A stretch of 64,000 nucleotides of DNA from a virus. The translations under genes were made by a program, and so were the position numbers. The notes beneath the pieces were generated by a model. It worked only from the letters and a program-made list of their open reading frames with translations. It made no database searches and had not been told where the DNA came from. Positions 50,873-61,657 of this stretch are shown here, piece after piece. The stretch's first letter is position 1, and each line of letters opens with the position of its first letter. The stretch lies in IMG/VR virus record IMGVR_UViG_3300038312_000193. One strand, 5' to 3'.

Positions 50873-53800
50873 GTGAGTGATGATATTGTAATCCGAATAA
50901 AAACTTTATTAGATAAAGCAACTCCAGCAGATATTAATAAAGTAAAATCAGATATTGAACAACGAGTTAATCCTAAAATAAAAGTAGATGTTGATAGTAA
51001 AGGTTTAGATAAATATAAAGAAAAATATGTACAAATTGAAAATGCTGAAGCAAAAATTACTGAAAAAACTAAGGAATGGACAAAAACTAATGGTGAAATA
51101 GTAAAGCAAATTGATAATATAAAAGCTGGGACAAATGAGGTTACTAGAAGAGTTACAGAAACCACTACTAATTATAAGAAACAACGCGCAGAATTAGAAA
51201 AAATTAATGCAGAACAGTCTAAATATTGGTCACAAAGAGTTAAAGAAACTGTAGGTGATATGACAAAGAAACCAGATGAACTGGTTAAAATGGCTGAATA
51301 TTATGAGAATCTTGAAAAAACCAATTTAGAAACTATTAAAAATGCACAAAACAAAAACTTTAATGAAGCTAAAGATCATTTGACACAGTTAAGTAGATTA
51401 AGAAAAGAATATCATAGTTTAGATAATAAAAATACTGAACAAGCAAAAGAATTAACTAAGCAAATATCTTATCACCAAGGACAATATAATAATATTATTA
51501 GAAGAAAAATTGATATTGGTGAAAAAACAAAAATCGAAGGAATAGAAGCAGAGAAATTAAATCAACTTGAAAAAGTTAGAGAACAAACATTACGTAATAT
51601 TAATAATATAAAAGCAATAAATACAGATAAGAGTAATGCACAACAGCAAAAACAAGTTGATGATTTTAACAAAAGAAATATAAATGCTATTGATTATCAG
51701 ATACAACAAAGACAAATAGAATCACAACAATTTTCTAAAGCATTACAAGCAAAAATGCTACAAGAAGTTGAAGAAAAGAAAATAACATCAGAATTACAAA
51801 AGCAAAATATTGCACAAGAAAAAATGCTTAATACTATACGTGGTATGCGTGGTATAAACGGAGCATTTATTGTTGGTGATAATTTAAAAGATTTAAATAA
51901 CTTAGAAAATAAAATTAAAGGTTTTAATCCATCTGATAAAGATTTTGTTCAAAATATGCGTAATGCTCAGTTAGAACTTCAAAGAATAAATACATCAATG
52001 GGTATTTATAAAAAAGAGGTTCAAGATGCAAGTAAGTTTACAAATGTTTTTGGTCAGAGCATATTTGAAGCAGGTAAGAAATTTGCGTCCTGGCTGGTCA
52101 TTGGAAATACCATCATGGGAGCCATTAGAGTAATTCGGGATGGAATTCAATTTGTAATAGACCTTGACAATGCTATGAATCAGTTGCGGATAGTAATGAA
52201 TTTGACTAGTGATCAAGCAATTGAATTAGGTAGGAATTATAATTCTCTCGCAAAAGAAATGAGTGTAACAACTACAGAGATTGCTAAAGCAGCAGTTGAA
52301 TTTGCAAGACAAGGTTTATCCTTAAGTGAGATGGATGATAGACTTCGTAATACTATAAAATACGCTAAGATTTCAGGAATGGAGTTCCAAGAAGCAGCAG
52401 AGATAATTACTGCTAGTGTCAATAGTATGGGTGTGGGAACACAAAGAGCAATTGATATATTTAGTTATATGGGTAAACAACATTGCCCCCTTGTAGCGTG
52501 AGTTACAAGTGAAAATTTGGCTATAACGGTGAAACTCCTGAGAAGGACAATACCGTGGGAAGACTATTTGTGATTAGTAATAATCGTACAACCATATAAA
52601 TCAGGGGTGATTATATGGTTGAATATATATGTGATTATTGTGGTAAAACAGCAAAGAAAAGACCAAGTTATATTAAAGAACATAATTTTTGTTGTAGAGA
52701 ATGTTATCATAAATATCAAAGTGAATTTTTAAGAGGAGAAAATAATAAAAATTCTAAACCAAAGAATATATATTATTGTGCTAATTGTGGCAAAGAAGTG
52801 CCAATGCTTAAAAGTCAAGCAAAAAATAGGAAAAATATATTTTGTTCTAAACAATGTAGATTTGAATATGATAGTAAAGTATTTAAAGGCGAAGGAAATC
52901 CAAATTATCGGAGAGGTAATATTGAAATACAATGTATATATTGTGGTAAAAAGTTTAAACGTCCAGCTTGGGAAGAAGGTAGAGCAAAATATTGTAGTAA
53001 AGAATGTAAGAATAAATATTGGAGTGAAGTATTAAGTAAAACACCAGAAAATCAAAAACGTCTTAAACAACAAGGTGTAAATACTAAATTAAAACAAAGA
53101 AATAAATTTACTAAACCTGAGTTAATTGTGTATGAATATTTTAATAATATAAATGTAGAGTGTATTCCGCAATATCCTATGTGTAATAGATTTGTTGTGG
53201 ATTTTTTTATACCTTCTTTTAATATAGTTGTTGAAGTATTAGGAGATTATTGGCATGGCAATCCTTCAAAATATCCAGAGGACAAATTAACAGAAAAACA
53301 ATTAAAGACAAAAATTAAAGATGAATTTAAATTGAATTATCTTTCAAAAGAGGGATATGAAGTACATATGATTTGGGAAGATGATATTTATAAACGATTA
53401 GAGAATACTATGAAATTTATTAAATGTAAATTATAAATATGGTTGTATATTATTATTTAATCACAAATAGAACCCGTAACGACTACGTATCATAATAGTA
53501 ATATTATGGTCACGCCAAACATCTATAATACCCCTTTATAGATGAAGATAGAGTCTGATCTACACGTATAATCTAAAAACGAAGGTGTAGAAGTAGGAAG
53601 AAATTCCTACTCGCCATAATTAGTTTTATGGTCAGTAAGCGAAAGCTGAAAGTAACAGTTTGGATGCAACCGCGACTGGAGCCGATGAAATTGGTAGATT
53701 TTGCCGTTTAATATAGAAATATATTAAATTATTAGTACGGAATTAAGCAAGGAGGCTGAGATGCTAACTTGAACCGAAGGCTAAATGTAAAAATTTAGTC

Positions 53801-56800
53801 AGGGGCAGAGCATAGAGAGTGAAACTGTTTATTTTAACAGAATATAATCTCTCCAAGAGTCCGTACCACCTGACCAGATTATGCTGAAGGTGAAAACATA
53901 TGCCGAACTTACAAGAAATGAATTGTAAGAACTAGATGATAAAAAACTTCTAGGATAACATAATTGAGAGCCCTTCAACGCGTCGGTGGAACCGCTGGTG
54001 CGCTTAACGTAAACTTTGAAAAACTATCTTCATGGATAGCTATTATTTCCTCTCGTACAAGAGAATCCGCAGAATCTATAGGTAATAGTATGAAAACTAT
54101 TCTTGCACGTATGCAAAATATGGTTGAACGTGGATATGATGAAGAAAGTGGTGACAAAGTAAATAATGTAGCAAAAGCTTTAGCATCAATTAATGTTCAA
54201 CTTATGGATTCAGAAGGACAGTTTCGCAATCTAGGGACAGTAATGGATGAAGTTGGTAGTAAATGGGATTCTTTGGATTCTAGACAAAAAAGTTATGTAG
54301 CTACTGCAATGGCGGGAGTTCGCCAACAAAGTAGATTTTTAAACCTCATGGAAGGTTATGCTGACTCCGTAGAATTATATGAAGAATCCCTTAATGCTGC
54401 TGGGACAGCCAATGAAAAATTCGGAATCTGGCAAGAAAGTTCTCAAGCTAAATTAGAAAAATTTAAAGCAACACTCCAAACTATATATCAAACTTCTTTT
54501 GACACGGGAACAATAAAAGATATTATTAATTTTGGAACAAAATTACTTGATGTAATTAGTGATTTGCAAGAAAGTGGAATTGGGTTAAAAGAAGTAATAA
54601 TTGCTCTTACTACTGTATTTTTTATTTTCAATAATACAGCATTAAATAATTTTTATAATTCAATAGTAAATGCTCCTGCTAATATCATGAAATTAATAGC
54701 GTCATTAAATGGTTTAAATATTGCTATGAAAGCAACTACTATTTCTACTAATTTATTAAAAATAGCAATATCTACTTTTATACCATTTGCAATTATTACA
54801 GGTATTACCTATTTAATTCAAAAACTATATGAATTAAAAAATGCTAAAAAAGAAGTCCAAGAAACATTTTCAAATTCTCTTTCAACAATTCGAACTAATG
54901 AATCTGAAATTAAAAAAGCAAAAGAATTACAAACAGAGTATGATAAATTAAAAAATAAAACTAGTTTAACTAGTGATGAAAAAGAAAGATTGAAAAATGT
55001 TCAAAATGAATTAGTTAAAACATTTCCAAATTTACGATATCAACTAGATGCCGAGGGAAATGCGTTAATTGATAATACTCAAGCAATTTCAGATAATATT
55101 AAAGCTAGAGAAGATGAAGTAAATAGGTTAAAGGAAAATCTTGCTAAAGATTTTGAGATTTCTGGCAATGCTTATCGTGAAGATTTAAAAGTTAAACAAA
55201 AAGCATTAGAAGAAGAAAAAGCCTTTAGAGATCAACAATTAGAATTTATTAAAAATGCCGAAAATTCCGATATGTCGAAAGGCGCAAAACAAAGATATTT
55301 AAAATCTCTAAATACAGCATTACAAGAATCTTCTGCTAGAATGACAAAATTAAGTCCAGAAGTTGAAGAATTATCTAAGAAAATAGATTCTTTAGCATTA
55401 TCATATTTGCAAGCAAGTGATAAGTTTAAAGAGTTTGATACAACTACTTTATATAGTATTATTGACTTATTTAATACCCTATCTGGGAAAAATCCTAAAT
55501 TAGACTTTTTTAATTTTATTGATAAGATTGATACTAGTAAATTAAATGATTTTCAAAATGCTTTAAATGTTTTTAAAAACTCAAATCAAACCAATAGTGA
55601 TATAAAAACATTAAATAATTCTTATCAACAACTTTATAATCATTTAGTTGATATAGCACATCAAGGCAAAACTACTAAACAAGAAGCTGAAAATTTAGCA
55701 CAAGGTTTTTTAAAAACTATTGCTCCCGTAGAATCAGCACAAGTATCTTTATCTAAATTTCAATCTGCTATCCAAACTGTTGCTTCTGCTACTACAAAAT
55801 CAACTAAAAGTATTATTTCTGCTTTTGGAATTTTAGGCATTAGCATCAATAAAGAAGTTGCAAATATTTTATCAGGATATATGGGGTTAGTAGCAGGAAT
55901 ACAATCTGTTGCAGATGCTCATAATGTTATAGCAAAAATTGCTAATGATGTTACTGAGGGTGGAAAAACTACTGGTATGGCAGATACATCTTATAAAACT
56001 AGTTTAGTAACCACTCCTTTAATTAATTTAGGTAAATATTATGATGAATTAAAGAAATTACAAAAATCTATCAATAATAATCCTAGTGGTGGTGGTGGAG
56101 TAGGTGGCGGTTCCAAAGATAAATCTTCTTCATCATCTCAAGCAGCCGAAAAGGAGCTTTACGAATCAAAAGAGTATTCCAATGCCTTATCTGAAATAGA
56201 TAAACAACTCTCCATCTTAAACGCAGAAAAAGAAAAACTTGATAAAACATCCACTCAATATCAAGATAGTCTCAGAAAAGAAATCACCCTACTCCAGAAA
56301 AAACAAGACCTCGCTCACGCAGAAGCAGATTCCCTTCGCAAACGTAAAAATGATAAACTTTGGGAAATAAATCAAATAGCAGGAGCAGATTACTTTTCCC
56401 TCTCAGACACTAAACGTCAATCTATATTTGATTCTTTATATAATCCAAAGAAAAATGAAAAGCAAAAATACTTCAATGATCTGCTTAAAGATTTTGATGA
56501 TTTATCTAAACGTATTGATGATTGTCAAGCGTCTTATAGGGATTGGCAAGAAACTATAGATTCACTTAATTATGAAGTTGTAACAACTACAATTGAAAAA
56601 TTTGATGAAAATATTAATATATTTAAAGAGGATTTAGATTCTGTACAATCAGATTTAGAAAAATTGACTTATGGTACAGATGATTATAATTTTAAATTTA
56701 AAGAGCAAGTAGACTTAAATGAAAAATATATTCAAGAATTGCGCAATAAACAAAGTTATCTTCAACAACAAATTGCTAAAACTCAAGATTATAGTCTTGC

Positions 56801-58130
56801 TCAAGAAGAATTAAATACTAAACTGCGTGAAACTAATAGATTGTTGAAACAAGCACAAGAAGATGCTTATTATAGTATTGTTGCAGATATAAAACGTGAA
56901 GAACAAGAAAGATTAGATAGTTTAGAAAGACAATTAAAACGCCAAAAAGAAATTGCAGAAGCTAAAATCGAATCCTATCAATCTCAAATTGATGCACTTG
57001 AAGAAAAAGCTGAAAAAGAAGATATAATTGCAGAACGCCAAGAAAGACAATTAGAACTTCAGAAACTTCAACTTGAACTTCAAAAAGTACTTGATAACCG
57101 TGATGTTCAAATTCTGAAAAAGCAAGAAGATGGAAGTTGGCAATATGCCTATATAGCCGACCCTGATAAAATTGAAGAATTAAATAATGAAATTATAGAC
57201 AAACAAAAAGATTTCAGTGATTGGGAATTAAAGAATATTAGAGATGCTGAAAAGAAACAATTACAAGCATTAATTGATGGTGAAAATAAAAAGATCGATG
57301 CTCTGGAAGATTCTTTTAATGAACAGCAAGAAAATTTTAATACATTTTTTAATATGTTAGAGAATTCTTCTATAGAAAATCTTGATAATTTAAACACTAC
57401 TTTGGGTAATAAATGGGAAGAAATTTTACAAACTATAAAATCTAAAGTAGAAGCTATTTTAGCACAACAAGCTCGAATTAGTGGTTTGAGTTATGGAGGT
57501 ACTAGCGGAGGAAGTGGCGGCGGTAGTGATGTTAATGATGGATATACTATTTGGACAGGTTCAGATGGTAAAACTTATATAACTGCATCAGATTCAACTC
57601 ATGGGACTATAACAGAAGAATATCATGGAAGTAATTCGCCGGGTTCATATAATAATAATGGTACACCAAGAAGTAGTTCTTCTTCTTCAAGTTCTTCTAG
57701 TTCTTCGACAAGTAGTAATCAATATAAATATTTATCTAATCTTGCTAAGAATGGTGATTCTGGTCAAAAAGCATGGGCAAATGATCAGATAAAGAAAAAG
57801 AAATATGCTGATGGTGGAGAAACTGAGAAAACTGGTTTACATTGGTTAGATGGAGAACTTGGTAAACCAGAAAGAGTTTTGACGGTAGAGCAGACTAAAG
57901 GTTTTAATAAATTAGTTGATAATCTTCCTAATTTATTAAATAAAGTAGATTTATTAAAAAATATAACAAGTAATATTAGTTTGCCTGATTTTAATAATTT
58001 AGTGGGTAGAAGTCAATCTACAAACAATACAATTCATATTGATAAACTCGAATTTCCAAATATCACAAACCCTGAAGGTTTACAACAAGCAATACTTGAC
58101 CTTCCGAGGTTGGCATTACAGTATAAATAA
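50873..58130 (+). CDS. tape measure protein, spliced: join(50873..52474,53663..53695,53967..58130), about 1932 aa
   Basis: TP901-type TMP domain restored: DIFSYMG|DATATGADEIG|RALQRVGG. Confidence 0.9.
52475..53662 (+). mobile_element. group I intron with endonuclease ORF, 1188 nt
   Basis: P1 GGGU/GCCC, P3 UUUGGC/GCCAAA, R GUAACGACUA, S GAAGAUAGAGUC, terminal G. Confidence 0.9.
52615..53436 (+). CDS. intron-encoded zinc-finger/Vsr-like homing endonuclease
   Basis: three C..CGK...FCS..C repeats; TKPE, VVDF, EVLGDYWHG, IWEDDI. Confidence 0.85.
   Translation: MVEYICDYCGKTAKKRPSYIKEHNFCCRECYHKYQSEFLRGENNKNSKPKNIYYCANCGKEVPMLKSQAKNRKNIFCSKQCRFEYDSKVFKGEGNPNYRRGNIEIQCIYCGKKFKRPAWEEGRAKYCSKECKNKYWSEVLSKTPENQKRLKQQGVNTKLKQRNKFTKPELIVYEYFNNINVECIPQYPMCNRFVVDFFIPSFNIVVEVLGDYWHGNPSKYPEDKLTEKQLKTKIKDEFKLNYLSKEGYEVHMIWEDDIYKRLENTMKFIKCKL
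53696..53966 (+). ncRNA. group I intron, ORF-less, 271 nt
   Basis: P1 UGGU/GCCG, P3 GUACGGA/UCCGUAC, P7 GCAUA/UAUGC, terminal G; related to capsid intron. Confidence 0.9.
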
Positions 58131-58165
58131 AATCAAAGCACGATTTTGTCATGTTTTTGGTGTTG

Positions 58166-58196
58166 ATAAACCCCTAAATCTAGGGGTTTATTTTAT
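58166..58196 (+). terminator. intrinsic terminator
   Basis: TAAACCCCTA/TAGGGGTTTA plus T-run. Confidence 0.65.
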
Positions 58197-58223
58197 ATCT
58201 TTTTTAAAGATGGAGTGTTTAAT

Positions 58224-58475
58224 ATGGATAAATATCAACAAGCTATTTTTAATGCCGTAAAAATCTTAATAAATGCACAATCTTTTTCTTTTAATTATTG
58301 TTTAGAAGGTAAAATAACGGCAGTAAATACAAGTGATTATACCGTTTTAATTAATGAAGAAAGTTATAATTTAAAATCATTACTTGGAACTAGTTTTTTA
58401 GTTAATGATTTGGTTTTTATACTAGTTATTAATGGTGATTCTTCTAAAAAATATATCTTATGTAAAAGACCTTAA
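58224..58475 (+). CDS. small tail/baseplate protein
   Basis: beta-rich, position after TMP. Confidence 0.65.
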   Translation: MDKYQQAIFNAVKILINAQSFSFNYCLEGKITAVNTSDYTVLINEESYNLKSLLGTSFLVNDLVFILVINGDSSKKYILCKRP

Positions 58476-58493
58476 AAATAAGGTGGTGATAAA

Positions 58494-59534
58494 TTGAGTT
58501 TAATAACACCCGAAATTTATTCTCCTATTTCTCCCTTTCCTGCTACTTCCGATAAAGAATTATCATTTTACGTGCAATCTGGTGGTTCACAAGTAACTCA
58601 GCACAAAGTAATAATTCAAAAGAATAGTGACAGCACAGAAGTTTATAATCAAACTATTCAATCATTTTTATATAAAATAACTATTCCACAGAATACCTTG
58701 CAAAATGGCATTCTTTACAAAATAAAAATTGCTACGGGAGATGTTAATAATAATTATTCTAGTTGGTCAGATTGGGTTACTTTTTACTGTTTTTCGGTTC
58801 CAAGTGTTTCTATTACTAATTTAACCACTGTAAATAATCAAACATATACTTTACAGGGCAGTTACTCTCAAACGGAATCTGAAGCAGTAAATTCTTATAG
58901 ATTTATAATATACGATGAAAATCAAGTAGAACTAGAATCTTTTGATGAAGTTTATTCTACTACATTAACACAAGAAATTGTAGTAGATAATGGAATTACA
59001 TATTATGCTAGATTAATTACATTATCTATTAATGGTTTGCAAGGTGATTCAGGTTTATTAGAATTTACTCCTAATTATATACAACCTAGATTAAATAGTG
59101 TTTTAACTTTAACTAATCTTTCATCTTCAGGGAGTGTTCAATGTACTGCTAATGTAATTCAAATAATTGGGCAGACATATCCTACATCTGGAGTAACTTT
59201 AACTTATGAATCTAATGATATTGTAGATTTAACAGATGGTAATCAAGTGATATTTGATGAAGGATTTACTTGTGATTCAAATTTTATAATGAAAATATGG
59301 TGCAAAACTTTAACTGATAATCAAACATTCCTTACTCTTTACGGTGATTATGGAAGAATTGAATTTAAACAATATCAAAATAGAATTCATGCTTATAAAT
59401 ATTATAACAATTGTGATATTTGTTCGCATTTTGCTTCTAATGAATTAACTTCAATTCAAAGTACAGATAATCTATTTGTTTGGGTTAAGCAGATTAATAA
59501 TTTAATGGATATTCAAATAGAAATCCTAATATAA
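58494..59534 (+). CDS. tail/baseplate protein with FN3-like beta domains
   Basis: LQNGILYKIKI, SSWSDWVTF; position. Confidence 0.7.
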   Translation: MSLITPEIYSPISPFPATSDKELSFYVQSGGSQVTQHKVIIQKNSDSTEVYNQTIQSFLYKITIPQNTLQNGILYKIKIATGDVNNNYSSWSDWVTFYCFSVPSVSITNLTTVNNQTYTLQGSYSQTESEAVNSYRFIIYDENQVELESFDEVYSTTLTQEIVVDNGITYYARLITLSINGLQGDSGLLEFTPNYIQPRLNSVLTLTNLSSSGSVQCTANVIQIIGQTYPTSGVTLTYESNDIVDLTDGNQVIFDEGFTCDSNFIMKIWCKTLTDNQTFLTLYGDYGRIEFKQYQNRIHAYKYYNNCDICSHFASNELTSIQSTDNLFVWVKQINNLMDIQIEILI

Positions 59535-59553
59535 AGTGTGGTGATTTAAAGAT

Positions 59554-60453
59554 ATGATAATTGGATATGATTTGTTTTTTGGGCAAAATAATTCATCTAT
59601 TTTTGATACAATTATTAGTTTAGGTAATGTAAATAGTATAATTATAGGTAAAGGAAAATTTGATGAAATATCTTTTGATGAAGATATATCTAAAGTTTAT
59701 AATACAACAAAAGAAGAATGGGATTATCAATATGTTTTAGATGCTAAATTTCAAAATAATCTAGAGGCTGGAAATATTCAAAATAATGGGATTGAAATTG
59801 CTCAAATTAAATTTCAAAAACGTTTATCCGATAGTTTAATTTGGGAAGATATTGCAATTATTGATTTTGATACTTTACAAACTATTTATACAATTACAGA
59901 TAAATATATTAAATCAAATTTTGAATATGAATATGCAGTTATTCCTTTAACTTCAGGAGTAACAGGGAAAAGAACAACACAATCTATAACACCTTCTTTT
60001 GATGGTGTTTTTTTATGTGATGCTACTACACAATATCAATTATTATATAATTTAGATTTAAAAGATATAGAACATGTTAATCCTAGTTCTATATTAGAAC
60101 CCTTAAATGCTACTTATCCTATTATTCAATATTCCGTTTTAGATTATAAAAAAGGTGGAATTAAGGCATTAGTATTAAGTACAGATACCATTGCTTTAAA
60201 CGGCAATGATATAAATAAAAGGTCAGAAAAAATTAATAGAGATAATTTAATGAAATGGCTTAAAAATCATAAACCCAAAATATTAAAGTCATCTTCTGGT
60301 GAGTATATGATCATTTCTATTATAGATAATCCTTCAGAATCACCTAATAATAGTTTTGAGGGTGCAATTGCAGATGTATCTTTTAATTTTATTGAAATAG
60401 ATAATGCTGAACGTGAAGGTGCTTTAATTGAAAATGATCTGGTGGTGTTGTAA
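59554..60453 (+). CDS. distal tail-like protein
   Basis: YEYAVIP, WL.N.KPKILK, VSFNFIEI; position. Confidence 0.65.
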   Translation: MIIGYDLFFGQNNSSIFDTIISLGNVNSIIIGKGKFDEISFDEDISKVYNTTKEEWDYQYVLDAKFQNNLEAGNIQNNGIEIAQIKFQKRLSDSLIWEDIAIIDFDTLQTIYTITDKYIKSNFEYEYAVIPLTSGVTGKRTTQSITPSFDGVFLCDATTQYQLLYNLDLKDIEHVNPSSILEPLNATYPIIQYSVLDYKKGGIKALVLSTDTIALNGNDINKRSEKINRDNLMKWLKNHKPKILKSSSGEYMIISIIDNPSESPNNSFEGAIADVSFNFIEIDNAEREGALIENDLVVL

Positions 60454-61569
60454 ATGTGGACGCAAGACCAATACAATGTATTAATTCAAAGAACTAGAGA
60501 ATTAAATATTAAAATAGAAGTTTTAAATTCTAATGATAATATAGTTGATAAAATAGAAGGAATTGCTATTGACGGGAGTATAGATATTACTTCTGAAAGT
60601 GCGATTAGACGAACATGTGATTTAAAAATGGCATTAAAAACTAAATTAATTCCCTCTCCTTCTAGTCCTATTTGGTTAAATAAAAGATTTAGATTGTGGG
60701 TAGGAATTAGAAGTGTAGCGAGTGGCGAAATTATTTGGTTTAATTATGGAATATATGTGATTTCTGATCCTTCAATTGATATTCAGGTTGCTAGTAAAAC
60801 TATATCTATTAAAGGATATGATAAAGCCTGTTTATTGAATGATGATGTAAGCGGTCAACTTATGAATAAAGTAATAATCGAATCAGGGACTCCTATTAGT
60901 GATGCTATCAAATCTACAGTAATAACACAAGGATTAGAAACAAGAGTTTTAATTGATACTTCATCTTACACTACACCTTATCAAATCGAAAAAGATGCTG
61001 GAAATACAGTTTGGGATATAGTAGAAGAATTAACAAATCTCTATATGTCGTGGGAATCATTTTATGATATAAATGGATTCTTTGTATTTAGAGAAAAGAA
61101 AAATAAACTAAATAGTCCTATAATTTGGAATTTTGAAGATAAGGATTATACGTTGAATGGTAGTCAGAATATTAATTTTAAAAATATAAGAAACAATTTT
61201 AACATCTATGGAAAATTATTAGATGATGGTACACAGATTAAATCAAGTAAAACATTAACTGATGTAAATTCTCCTAATAGTAATTTTACTGTTGAAAAGA
61301 TTGGACAGAGAAATTATTTTAAAGAAAATGATAAATTATGTACGCAACAACAAGCAGATGATTGGAGAGATTGGGAAATTGAGCAACATACAAATTTCCA
61401 AGAGAAAATTAATATCAATTCAATCCCAATTTATATTCTTGATGTAAATCAGAACGTATATTTTAATAATATTGAAAATAATTTAGTTGGAAAATATTGT
61501 ATTACAAACATAAGTGTTTCTTTAAGACCAGATGGGAATATGGGATTACAGGCTTATCGAATATATTAA
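60454..61569 (+). CDS. baseplate hub-like tail protein (DUF5048-like)
   Basis: IRRTC, FYDINGFFV, IPIYILDVN motifs. Confidence 0.7.
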   Translation: MWTQDQYNVLIQRTRELNIKIEVLNSNDNIVDKIEGIAIDGSIDITSESAIRRTCDLKMALKTKLIPSPSSPIWLNKRFRLWVGIRSVASGEIIWFNYGIYVISDPSIDIQVASKTISIKGYDKACLLNDDVSGQLMNKVIIESGTPISDAIKSTVITQGLETRVLIDTSSYTTPYQIEKDAGNTVWDIVEELTNLYMSWESFYDINGFFVFREKKNKLNSPIIWNFEDKDYTLNGSQNINFKNIRNNFNIYGKLLDDGTQIKSSKTLTDVNSPNSNFTVEKIGQRNYFKENDKLCTQQQADDWRDWEIEQHTNFQEKININSIPIYILDVNQNVYFNNIENNLVGKYCITNISVSLRPDGNMGLQAYRIY

Positions 61570-61600
61570 AAATAGAAATATAATATAAAGTTTATTTGCG

Positions 61601-61626
61601 AGAAGGGTTAAAACCCTTCTTTTTTA
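61601..61626 (+). terminator. intrinsic terminator
   Basis: AGAAGGGTT/AACCCTTCT plus T-run. Confidence 0.75.
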
Positions 61627-61657
61627 GTGGCATGAATTTGAAAGGAGGGTTTTATTT

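Noticed and set aside
56080-57720. GGT and TCT runs in TMP as contingency repeats
   Set aside because: Imperfect in-frame codons for Gly/Ser linkers.
50813-58130. Tape measure as two separate genes or a pseudogene broken by an IS
   Set aside because: Interruptions have group I intron cores and splice back in frame; no transposase or terminal inverted repeats.
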